From contig MU054323.1 of assembly GCA_013239625.1 (NCBI GenBank), positions 2,716,161-2,780,160 of the forward strand: a DNA stretch of 64,000 nt, written 5' to 3'. Positions 52,768 through 64,000 of the stretch are shown piece after piece. The notes under the pieces are model-generated. The model had not been told where the DNA came from and did not search any database. It worked only from the letters and a program-made list of their open reading frames with translations. The position numbers and the translations under genes are program-made. Each line of letters starts with the position of its first letter. Position 1 is the first letter of the stretch. The stretch comes from Lama guanicoe. Taxonomy: Eukaryota.

Positions 52768-53570
52768 CCAGAGAGAGCTTTGCCGTGAAACTGACCGAGT
52801 TAAGCTTCAGGTCCCCTCACTTCTCCGGGCCCTTTGTAAGGTCCTGGCAAGAGTCTAACGATGCATAATACAGTCAGAAGATTTTGCGCATTTTGAAAAA
52901 GTAAGATATTTAACTAAGATTAGTTAAGGCTGCCTTCTCTTTCTACTCTGACTTTCCTTCAGTCACACTTCCCTTCATCACGTAGGGATGGCTTCCGGGA
53001 AGACTCCTATACCCACCTTGCCGAATGACTGGGCACTCAATGAAGGTGAAGATCAGAGGCGCTATGCGTGCGTTCTGAGGTGCCCCCACGGAAGCAGCGG
53101 GCCACACACACAAAGAGACGTATCTGGAGCTAGCAGCTAGTCTGTGGGAAATTCTTTCAACTTTACTCAGTCTTATATGAGACACTTGATAGAAGTTTTC
53201 CTAAATCTTAAAAAACTTACACTACCAACAGCGAGTTATAAAACTGAAATAAAGTTCCCTAAACTATAAATGGTAAAAAGTAAAATCTGATCAATCATAC
53301 TAGAGAAAAGACTAAATTACCTTTTCATTCTCTCTACACCAATTTTTTTAATATACATGAAAAGGTCATTGAAGAATAGGCAGCCAAAAATGTAGGGACA
53401 ACCCATCACAGAGATGTATCAGGCAATTAATTATCGAAAGTATTAAGTTATATTTATGGATTTTGTGGCATATATATTTGTCAGTTCTTTAAAATATATG
53501 ATTTTTTGTGATTTCTTTTCCCTTTCTAAATATATATTTGCCTCCATACCTAATTTTGTTTTTGCAACTT
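52768..53570. mobile_element. hAT-Tip100 DNA transposon remnant (Zaphod/MER115-like)
   Basis: Terminal motif TTAAGCTTCAGGTCCCCTCACTT..GGGCCC followed by an AT-rich internal part. Confidence 0.55.
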
Positions 53571-53589
53571 TCATCATCATCATCATCTA

Positions 53590-54080
53590 TTCATCTATCT
53601 AAAAAGAGGTTTATTATAAGGAATTGGCTCATATGATTATGGAGGCAGAAAAGTTCCAAGATCTGCAGTTGGCAAACTGGAGGGTCAAGAGCTCTAACCT
53701 ATAGTCTCCGTCCAAAGGCCTGAGAGCCAGAGGCGCCGATGGTGTAAGTTCCAGTCTGAAAGCTGATGGGCTGGAGACCCACAAAGAGCCCATTTTTCAG
53801 TTCAAATCTGAAGGCAGTAAAAGACCAATGTCTCAACTCAAACAGTCAAAGCAGGAGGCATTCCCTCGTACTCAGCCTTTCTGTTCTATTTGGGCCTTCA
53901 ACTGACCTGATGAGCCCCGCCCCCACCACAGTGGGGAGGGCAATCTGCTTTACTCAGCCTGAGAATTCAAACGTTACTCTCATCCGGAAGCACCCTCACG
54001 GATACATCAGAATAACGTCTGACCAAATGTCTGGGCATCCTGCAGCCCACTCAAGTTGACACACAAAAGGAACCATCACA
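53590..54080 (-). mobile_element. ERVL LTR (MLT2B-like)
   Basis: TTTATTATAAGGAATTGGCTCATATGATTATGGAGG...CAATCTGCTTTACTCAG...AAGTTGACACACAAAAGGAACCATCACA. Confidence 0.85.
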
Positions 54081-57000
54081 ACTCCATCCCCGTTTGTCTT
54101 ATCTCCTGCAGAGTCTTAACAGGGAGAAGAAAATGAGGTCTTTCAGGGTCTGCAGAAACAGAGAATATCCTGTCTCATCCTTTTGCAAGATGGTATCAAT
54201 CAGTGCAGGACACTGACGATTAGGGAAAAAGCAGGGCTTACTGCTGGGGTTGATTCGTATCCCAAACACAAGTAATTCCTCTAATATTTCCTATTTCTTG
54301 ATTGGTTCTTATGTTCTCCATTGGACTTAAAGTTCTCAAGGGCAAGGACTCCTCCAACACCCCTCTCCTCACATATACACCATTCACCCAAAGCTGAACT
54401 GACTGAATGCTGAATAATTCACAGACAAAGTCCCTAGGTCTCAGGTAGCTTGTCACCTGGAACATGTGTGTGCTCTTTAAGGAAGAATAGTCTCCTTTTT
54501 CTAGAATAATCTAGAACTCTATTCTATAGTGGGTGTAAAAAATATTTGAAGACCCTAAAACAGTTAATTTCTACAATAAGGAATAAAATTAAACAAATCT
54601 ACAAATCCATCACAAAAGTAATCCTTCTTTGTTTAAGTGAGGTCTCATGTCTCATCACATAGGCATTCATACAGAATAGTGTCTAAGCCTGGATCCCGCC
54701 TACTCCAAGAGCAGAAATTCAAACAGGCCCATAAGAAATTCAAGTACATAATTTACGGGATAAGTATTACCATTTTAACAAAGGAAGAAGAGTTTAATTA
54801 AAATAAATGATTACACTTGATTATATTAATCTAAACAAATCCTGATTTTAATAATTTTATGTTTTTCCTGCTGAAGTGAGGCTTTAGATGTGTAGATACC
54901 TGAAATATATGCCATTAAAAATACCATGACCATATATCTTTAATTATTTTATCTTATTTTTGACTTGACTGTATTTTTAAATCCCTGTTCAAAATAAGGA
55001 AATTGAGATGAGCCTTCCATTCTATGTCTTCTAGATATGATACATTCAAAAAAATTAAGTACTGAAACTACTCTACAGGTGACTCTGCTCTGTATCTAGC
55101 AGAAGAAAAATTACTTGGAAAAATGAAGTTGAGGGCCACAGCCTGGGAAGTTACCAATTCACATCCTGACGCTCGTGTTCAAAAAAGAAAATCAAAGACC
55201 TTAGATTCTGTGTGAAGCATGAGTCTCAGAGTAGCTAAATGCCTCCAAGATCACATCTGGGCACTTACATTTTAAGAGCTCAAAAGGAAGTTATGTGGGA
55301 GCTGGCTCATGTCTGCGTGGTACAACTGGGAAGAATGGGAGTCTGGTCCCAAATGGCCAGTGTTAGGAAGTGCCCCTCTGCTCTGACTTGGGCTACCCCT
55401 TGACCATTAGCTCTGGCTGGTTTCTTGCAGTCCTGACCTCACTCTCTGTCGGCTGCCCTCTGTGCACCCAGAAATGACCTTGGTGAGTCCATCCTGAAGC
55501 TGGCCTGCATGTCCGCATCTGGCTGGACGGTCTGCTCTTACAGGCTCTGATGACCGCAGCAGTCCTCTGCTGGAGGGTCCTTGCCCTCTCTGACAGTGCA
55601 GTGCCCCCTTGCAGATGGGGGTCTGGAGTATTGTTTGTCAAGAAAAAGCTGGAATTAAAAGGCCTTCCTTGCTTCCTTATTTTTCCCACATAATGACCTG
55701 GATACTGCCCCACAGCAGCCTGAGACTGACCAAATGAGAGCACTTGGGCATTTCCTGGCTGCTTCTTGATGTGGCTGAGTTTGTGGTCACAGGAAAACAA
55801 GAAGCAGTAAGTCAAATTCCCACTCTACAATGCTCCCTGTGGATGGTTCCCTGCTTGCTGCTCACATCCAAAGAGCTTTGCTAAATGAAAAATCCCAGAA
55901 CATCAGTCTCTGACAGGACCCTTGAGATTTTATTAATCCCCTTAATTTCATAGTTTTGAATAATGAGACCAAGAGAGAGAAATTTTCTAAAGTTAGGAGG
56001 CTAGAGACTGGCTGAGCAGGTCCTGGAATCCGGGTCTGGGTGACTCCCTGTCCAGTGCTCTCTCTGTTCCATAAGGCTGCACCTTCAAAGAGTTGTTACC
56101 TGAAGAGCATCACGAAACCAACTTTGAACACTCACATTCTTAATGAGCAAGGTACTGGCTGAATTGTCACTTTGTTCAGTGACTTGAGAACTGTTTTGTG
56201 GTCTCTCCACTGGGTTATTGCTCAGATGGATGCTCTGTCTTCCGAAAGATGGAGAGATGGATGACTGATGTCCAGGCTGTGGGGGAAGCACCTAGAGGTA
56301 TTGATTATGCAAAATCACAGTAGGTAGAAACCTCTAGCTTGTTCTTAACCTTCTCCCCTCTTGAATAACTATATTTGTATTTCTAATACATGAAACGGTT
56401 AACTCTGTAGAAGGAGAGTCAGAGACGGTACCTAATTCCAGCTTGATGCAATTACTTTAACATGAATTTAAAATAAAATTAAAGTTAACAGTTTAAACTG
56501 ATGTTTGAGGGTTTTAAAAAGATTTAGTTTCCTTTGGAACCACTGTGTTATTTGATCCAATACAATCTTTTCGAGCTCCGTGCATAACATCTTTACCCAA
56601 GTACCATTACTACTAGATTATGCCCATTGGTTGAGTTACAAATGTCTAAAAATCTTAAAATTATTAAGCTCAGATTAGAGTGTTCAAAGACTATGGTGTT
56701 ATTTTAGTCTCCTGCCATATCCTCCATTTACTATAAACTTGTTATATTGGCATTCAAATAAAATGTCATAAAGCAAGTATGTAAGGAGGTGTTTGGGGTT
56801 TGTTTCAGGCTTCTGCGAGCCAAGTTTGCATGGCAACCAAGATGTATAACAGAAACATTCAAATGGTCTTCATAAAAAGAAATGCTGAGCAGTGCTCAAG
56901 AGTAGGGCAACTTCTAAGTTGGGGCAGACTATCAAAGCTGGTCAGAGCAAGGACTGAGGGTCTAGGTAGAGTGTCACGCAACATTGTCTCAACAGTACTC

Positions 57001-57649
57001 CAAGCCCCCTTTCGCTGTAGCTGCCAAGTGTTAACGCATTGGAGGCCAAGCCTCTAGAGATGCAGCTGCCTGGAATTTGCAGATGTTACAGTTGGAAGGA
57101 CCCTCCGACACCATGTGAACAAACCGCTCACCTTACAGGTGAGAAAATGGAGACCCAGAGCTGTCATCTACTCACAGTCACAGAGGTCTGCTTGTATACT
57201 TGCAGCAGAAGTACATAAACGTGCTCTAACCCATGTTCTCTGTTTTAGTGAATTCTCTCTTGTTTTCCAAATTGAATATAAATTGCAACTTTCCGAATTT
57301 GCATTAAAAAAGCAAGTGTGGATGCCCAAGGCTTGCATTTGGACATCGCTTAAATGGGTTTCGTGACAGAGCCAGCAGGACCTGTTCTACCCACCAAACT
57401 GGCCGGCCCCTTCATCAACTACAGATGATTATACCCACCACCCTAGTTTCCATCCCAGTAATCACAGTGACGTATTGGCCTCCCTCTTCACTCTTAGCTT
57501 GCTAAGAACCCTGGAAAGTGTATTTGTCATGAAGCTGCAACTCCAGATGGCTCTGCATTAAAATGGAGTGGAATCTCTTTTAACTGACCTCAACCAATTG
57601 ACTGGTCTAATGAACACCCTCCATTTCTTGTTTTTGTTTGTCCTTTTCA

Positions 57650-58985
57650 CCAACCTTTTATTATGAACAATGGTAAACATATTCAAAAGTAAATAGAAAA
57701 GTATAATGAACGTCCAAGTATCCCTAGAAGGAGGATGGCTGAGTCAGAGGATTAACGTGTATGTAATTATGCTGGGTAGGATCAATTCCTCCTCTCCGCG
57801 GGGTTGTGTAATCTGCATGCCCATCAACAAGATAAGGGTGCTTATTTCCCAGAAGCCTCAATAATAGCACACGTTGTCAACATTTGGAATTTTTGCCAAT
57901 GTAATAGGTGAGAAATGTTATCTCCCTGTAGTTTGAATATGCATTTTCTTATAATGAGTGAAGTTAAACATTTTTCATATGGATTACAAGTCATTGGCAT
58001 TTCTTTTTCTCTATGAACTGTGTGCTTATATTTCCAGACTGTTTTTCTAAAGGGTTGTTAAAAATTTTACTCTCTTTTTCAGCTGTTCTTCATATATTAT
58101 GTTAATCAATATAAAATGGCCATTTTTGAACATCAGCAAGTGAAGAGTTTTACACCGTTGAACCCAAACATCAGGTATATTATCCTTATGTAATATAAGT
58201 GGCCAGTATTTGTAAATTGTCATTGTCACTTTTCTCATTATTTTTGTCATGCAAATTAATTTTTAGAAATTTTAAGTAATCAAATGAATTCTTTCCTTAT
58301 TGCTTATTTCTGCTGGATTTTGGGTCATAGCTAGTGATGTTCTCCCCATGGACACAATATGAAGAATTTACCATCTCCCCTTGTAGTATCTGTCACGGTT
58401 TCATTTTATTAAAATGACATTTTAAATGGCTGATCATTTTAGATATCATCCTGATGGTTTATCCTCACATACAGGGTGAGGAATACATCTAATTTTATCT
58501 CTATCCACGTGACTATCCAGTTATCTCATCACTTATTCATAAGTCCATCCCTCCCCTCCCTAATTTGAGATGCCACCTCTATCACATACTAATTAAAAAG
58601 AATATTTTTGGAGTTTTAATGCCTTTCCACTGGTCTGTCTATTCACGTACCAGTGTTAATACTTAATTCAGTTAATAGTTAACAGAATAATATGTTTCAA
58701 ATATTTAGTAGGTTAGCTTCCTGCCCTGCTTCTTTTTTTAAGGGTTTTCTTGATGTTCTTGCTTATTTATTCCCCTAAATGAATTTTACAATCAACTATC
58801 TAGCTCCAGAAAAAAATTAGTGATTTTTATTTTTACAGGTTAATTGAGGAATAATAGACAAATAAAGTTGTGTATATTTAAAGTGTACAACAGGATGATT
58901 TGACATACATATACACTGTGAAAGGATTACCACAATCAAGTTAATTAACACACCCGTCACCTAACACAGTTAACTCTTTTTTCTA
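57650..58985 (-). mobile_element. Old L1 fragments, antisense
   Basis: T-rich degenerate ORF2/3'UTR motifs, with a younger L1MA 3' end at ~58830-58985. Confidence 0.7.
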
Positions 58986-59723
58986 AGTTGAAATCTTAGG
59001 CCATGCGTTAAGATGGTTTATATAAGTGAAACAATAGGAATTCTGATTAGTGAACCCCAACTTAACTAAATAGATTTGGCCTTCTATTAAAATATTGATG
59101 ACTAAACTGTGTCAGTTTGTATTTTCCAAAGATGGCAGTATTTCCCATCCCACATGCCCTTTCATACAATAGGACCTTGTCACTTCTCCGTCAAGAAGTG
59201 GAGTCTGTGTCCCCACCCCCTGAACTTGGGTGGACCTTTGCAACTGCCTCACTGACCTCCACTGCAAGATTTTCATTCTGTAACTGAAGTATCCCTGCAA
59301 TTGTTCCCTACTTTATGCATAAAGATTGGTAATTTTTTAGAAAGGGAGTTTCCTGATAAAATATTCTGACTGATAGTAATTCGTCACTTTTTGTAAGTTA
59401 ACTGCACAGTTTCTGCAGCATAATTTTTTGAGCCCTACATACATCAATATTGAGGAAGGTGGCGAGGCAAAAAAAAAGATGATGGTTAAACCAGATATTT
59501 TCAGGAAATTAAAACAACCATCATAGAAAAGAAAGACTGGAGGTCACTGAAAGATTATGACATAAGTTTCCAAGCATCTACATGGTTTTGTTTGGTGCAG
59601 CTAAGAGCCTGACCCTGAGAAACTAAACGTAAAAACTAAATAAAACATTTTCTGGGGTTTGCCATTCTGGTGATCCTTACTTGAGATGGGCAGAAAAGCA
59701 AGAACACCATTAATACCCAGAGT

Positions 59724-60208
59724 AGGTTTGCCAGAGGAAATACAGGACACCAGTTAAATCTGAATTTCAGATAAACAAGACATATTTTTAGTGTATTCCA
59801 AATATTATAGAGGACATACTAAAATTATTTTTCGTTTATCTGAAATTCAGATTTAACTAAGTGTCTTTAATGTTTTGACTTTTTTTATTGAGGAATAATT
59901 TATGTGCCATAAATTCACCCAATTAAATTACATAACTTGACTTAATGGTTTTTAGTATATTCACAGAGCTGCCGAACTGTCACCACAGTCCCTGTTTAGA
60001 ACACTGTCACCACTCCAAAAGGAGACGAGTACCTATTAGCAGCCACTTCACACCTGTGCACTCAGCCCAAGGCAGACACTAGTCTGCATTTTGTACCACT
60101 AATTTGTGTTTTGTCTCTGTACACTCGCCTAGCTGGACATTTCGTACCATTGAATCGTATAAGCCACGGTGCATCCCTTATTCTTATTTCCTAAATCTGA
60201 CAGCCCTA
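59724..60208. mobile_element. MER53-like palindromic hAT element interrupted by an antisense L1 3' fragment (~59868-60170)
   Basis: GGTTTGCCAGAGGAAATACAGGACACCAGTTAAATCTGAATTTCAGATAAAC...GTTTATCTGAAATTCAGATTTAACT, resuming as TAAATCTGACAGCCCT after the insert. Confidence 0.75.
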
Positions 60209-61859
60209 GCCCAGAGCCGTACTGTCTAGAGCCGTAATGAAGAGTAGTTTCAACCACAGGGAATACAAAGAGAAAGTAGCTGCAGCAGCCTGGAGAAGCG
60301 GCACCTTGAGAACCTGGCAGTATTGTGGTCTCTTCTCACAGGAACCAAAACCAAGTGCAGCCAGGCACTCTGGCTAGTTTTAGAAGAAACTTTTTTTTTT
60401 CCCCTAAAGGAAATCCACAGCAACTGTAGGAGAGCCAGAGAATCAGACAGGCTGCTTTGCAGTCTGGAACAAGACTCAAGCATGTTAAAGAACTGCTTGC
60501 AATTTAGTCTTACCATCCGTGTCCACGTGCTGTGGGGCACCCCACAGACCCTGCACCAGGGGTGCTGTTGCTAGGACCTCTGCCATCACTGCATCTGAAA
60601 GCCTCGTGTCTCCCTCGGGCCCCGCTATCCTCCCAGTCCAGGAAGCAATTCCACAATGAACTTCCTCTTCACCAGCGTGCAAAAGATGGGGCAAGAGCAC
60701 AGATTTCAAGAGGAGGTCCACCCTTAATTCTTGCAGCCTGGGTGATATATACAGTCGGCAGCATAAATAGGGTCATAACCCTGTGCCCTGACTGCACCAA
60801 GATCAAAAGAATTAGTTCCTAGCTCCTACCTCGGGGAGGCAGGACCCATAATGCAGAAAAAATAGCAGACTATAGAGAGGCTTTCAAAATATTCAGAGTC
60901 ACCATAAATATGACACGGACCCACCATGACTACTTCTACCATCTCTTTTCCCTGTTTTGCTTGGGAGGATGCAGAAAAGGCTGCTGGCATCAGAAAGGTG
61001 AAGGTGGGTAGGATAAGGATGCCAGGCATCTGACTGAAGCAGAGGATCCAGGGCCCTTGGAAGTGAGAACATATCTGCAGCCCCAGAATAATGGGACATT
61101 TATGGTGCTTAGAGTTTCTAGACACTCTTATTTTTGGAATCGCCTCTCCAGTATAAAAAATATATTAAAATTCACCCGCATCCCCCATTAAATGAGACTG
61201 TTGCCCATACATTTTTTTGGAAATTCCTTTATAATTCTGCTTTTAAAACTATTTTTGTTTCCAGTAGTTTATTACACTTAAAAATTATGATGATTAATTC
61301 GCAAGTATCATGCAAGCTTGGGAATTCTTACAAAACAAGAACATTGAACATATAATTCCTTTCAAGCATAATAGATTGTTTTTATTAATATCAAATTTAA
61401 CAATGAAAACATTTGGCATAATGTGGCACTTTACAGACATCTATTAACAAATCGTTACTTTTGATCTTTCAGTTTTCTGTTTGTTCTGTGGATACAAATA
61501 TTTCTTTCATGCTTCAACATTTTACAAGGAGCACTGAAAAAGCTAAATGAATAAAACAACACTGAGGCGGAGGTTCCTATAGAAGATGCTGCGGGATTTG
61601 ATGCTTAGTTTAACAAAACCCAAGAGGAGAGAATAGACTCTAACTGCAAACCAAGGTTACAGATTGTCCTGGCTGAGGCTTTCCTCAAGCTGCTGATCCC
61701 CTTTCTCCCTCCTCTGGTCTTTAGGATACGGAAAATCGCATCTGAACTGTACCTTCAAGGGGAAAGACAGTGCTCAGTCAAGATGGAAAGGGAGTTTACT
61801 CCCACTGCATCAGGACAAAGGAACAAAGGCTAGACGAAGATGTTCACTTAGAGCATGAG

Positions 61860-62876
61860 AAGGCTTGATCTCCAGAATATATAAGCAGCTTATACGACTC
61901 AATAAGAAAAAAATAAACAACCCAATCCAAAAATGGGCAAAAGACCTAAACAAGCAATTCTCCAAGGAAGACACACAAATGATCAAAAAGCATATGAAAA
62001 AAATGCTCAATATCACTAATTATCAGAGAAATGCAAATCGAAACTACAATGAGGTATCACCTCACACCAGTCAGAATGCCCATCATTCAAAAATCCACAA
62101 ATGACAAATGCTGGAGAGGCTGTGGAGAAAGGGGAACCCTCCTACACTGCTGGTGGGAATACAGTTTGGTGCAGCCACTATGGAAAACAGTGTGGAGATT
62201 CCTCAAAAGACTAGGAATAGACTTATCATATGACCCAGGAATCCCACTCCTGGGCTTGTATCCAGAAGGAAATCTACTTCAGGATGACACCTGCACCCCA
62301 ATGTTCATAGCAGCACTATTTACAATAGCCAAAACATGGAAACAGCCTAAATGTCCATCAACAGGTGACTGGATAAAGAAGATGTGGTATATTTATACAA
62401 TGGAATTCTATTCAGCCATAAAAACCGACAACATAATGCCATTTGCAGCAACATGGATGCTCCTGGAGAATGTCATTCTAAGTGAAGTAAGCCAGAAAGA
62501 GAAAGGAAAATACCATATGAGATCGCTCATATGTGGGATCTAAAAAACAGAAACAAAAACAAACAAACAAACAAAAACAAAGCATAAATACAGGACAGAA
62601 ATAGACTCACGGACAGAGAATACAGACTTGTGGTTACCGGGGGGGCAGAGGGTGGGAAGGGATAGACTGGGATTTCAAAATTGTAGAATAGATAAACAAG
62701 ATTACACTGTATAGCACAGGGAAATATACACAAAATGTTATGATAAATCACAGAGAAAAAAATGTGACAATGAGTGTGTATATGTCCATGTATGACTGAA
62801 AAATTGTGCTGAACACTGGAATTTGACACAACATTGTAAAATGATTATAAATCAATAAAAAATGTTAAGAAAAAAA
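61860..62876 (+). mobile_element. Young 5'-truncated L1, same subfamily as 44364-46047
   Basis: Near-identical to ~45036-46047. One-base frameshift in an A run near 62000. Short TSD AAGGCT (61860-61865 / 62875-62880). Confidence 0.96.
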
Positions 62877-62899
62877 GGCTGGGAGAATTTTGCATACAC

Positions 62900-64000
62900 A
62901 TTGTAGAAAGAGGTGATGATGAAGCTGATAATAGATGAGAGACAAGAGGGCTATCACCCGCAGAAGGAAGGCAAGCGCCAGGCAAGATGAACTCAGAGAT
63001 GACATGTTCCAATAACAGAATAAGATGAAAAGGGAGCTTTTAGAGTGCAGAAAACAAACCAAGGACCAGAATATAATAATGTGATACAGAAAATATAATT
63101 AATTAGTAACAGATTCTAACAGAGTTGACTACTTAAAACTGACTTGCTGGCACATTGGAAAATATTTAAAATAATCTTAATGAATACAGAGGCGGGAAAA
63201 AGATTAAGGTACCAAAGCACTTGGTAATGGGGTGGCATATTCTAACCTAAAGATGACATGACTGGAGTCTCTGAAGTGAAGAATCCAGTAAATCAAACAA
63301 TATATACTGAAGTCCTAATACAGAAAAAACTCAAGGCATTACAGAACTATTGAGTCTATTGATTGAAAATCATCCTAACTGCCAAGAAAAACGGATACAG
63401 AACAACTGAATGTATGCCACAGCCAGCTTAGGTAATGGATTTCAAGGAACTATTTAAAACCAAAAACATAAGAGAATTAAAACAAACTATACACATGTAT
63501 GCATGTTATATTTATATTATTATACTAATACATGTAAATAAAACAAACTAATCTCTTAAAGTTTTATAGATTGGGTCACAAACACAAAATCCAAACATGT
63601 GCTGCATATAAGAGATGCCTCTAAAACAAATTGCAGAAATACTACAAGTAAAAGAATAAACAAAAGCACAGTATAGAAACACTACACCCAAGTTACAGAG
63701 GAATTCTCCCATGTTTTCATCTATACTTGTAGTTTCTTTTTCTTTTTTTACATTTAGGTTTCTGATTCATTTAGAACTCCTCATGTGTATATGGTGCATA
63801 TGGATCTAGTTTTATCTTTTTATAAATGATTCTCCAATTTTCCCAGCATCATGATATAAAAAGACCATCTTTGCCCCAGTAATAGGTCCTAAAAGATATA
63901 AAAGTAAGACTTGAGTAAATGGAAAGATACTGCTTGTTTTCACTTGGGACATCTCGACACCATCAAGATGCTCATTCTCTCTAAACTAATCTATAAATGG
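62900..64000. mobile_element. Ancient L1 fragments (ORF1-like +, short antisense ORF2 piece, + ORF2 piece)
   Basis: A-rich degenerate L1-like sequence; TCTAGTTTTATC...TTTTCCCAGCATCAT; AAATGGAAAGATA...AAACTAATCTATAAAT. Confidence 0.55.

Overview
Mammalian genomic window containing the complete odd-skipped related 1 gene (OSR1) on the minus strand. Its parts are non-coding exon 1 (~34207-33930), exon 2 (29464-28765, ATG at 29432) and exon 3 (28008 to ~27070, stop at 27873), encoding a 267-aa protein with three C2H2 zinc fingers. The gene sits in a cluster of CpG-rich blocks (~23.3-39.9 kb), and a 653-N assembly gap covers its proximal promoter. The flanks are gene-poor and filled with MIR, L2, old and young L1, MaLR/ERVL LTRs and hAT MER elements. 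Two near-identical young L1 3' ends and the lack of any obvious Alu, Bov-tA or PRE-1 SINE suggest a camelid-like artiodactyl (inference). The most notable signal outside the gene is a CpG-island promoter 3 kb past the OSR1 poly(A) site. It carries three perfect CRE palindromes, and one of these plus a near-CRE form the degenerate counterpart of human MIR4757. Other signals: a latent splice donor after zinc finger 3 at the position where OSR2 splices to fingers 4-5, several nested transposon insertions, and candidate enhancers and a CTCF site. I found no convincing novel protein-coding system. Repeat family names are by-eye recognition with approximate boundaries.
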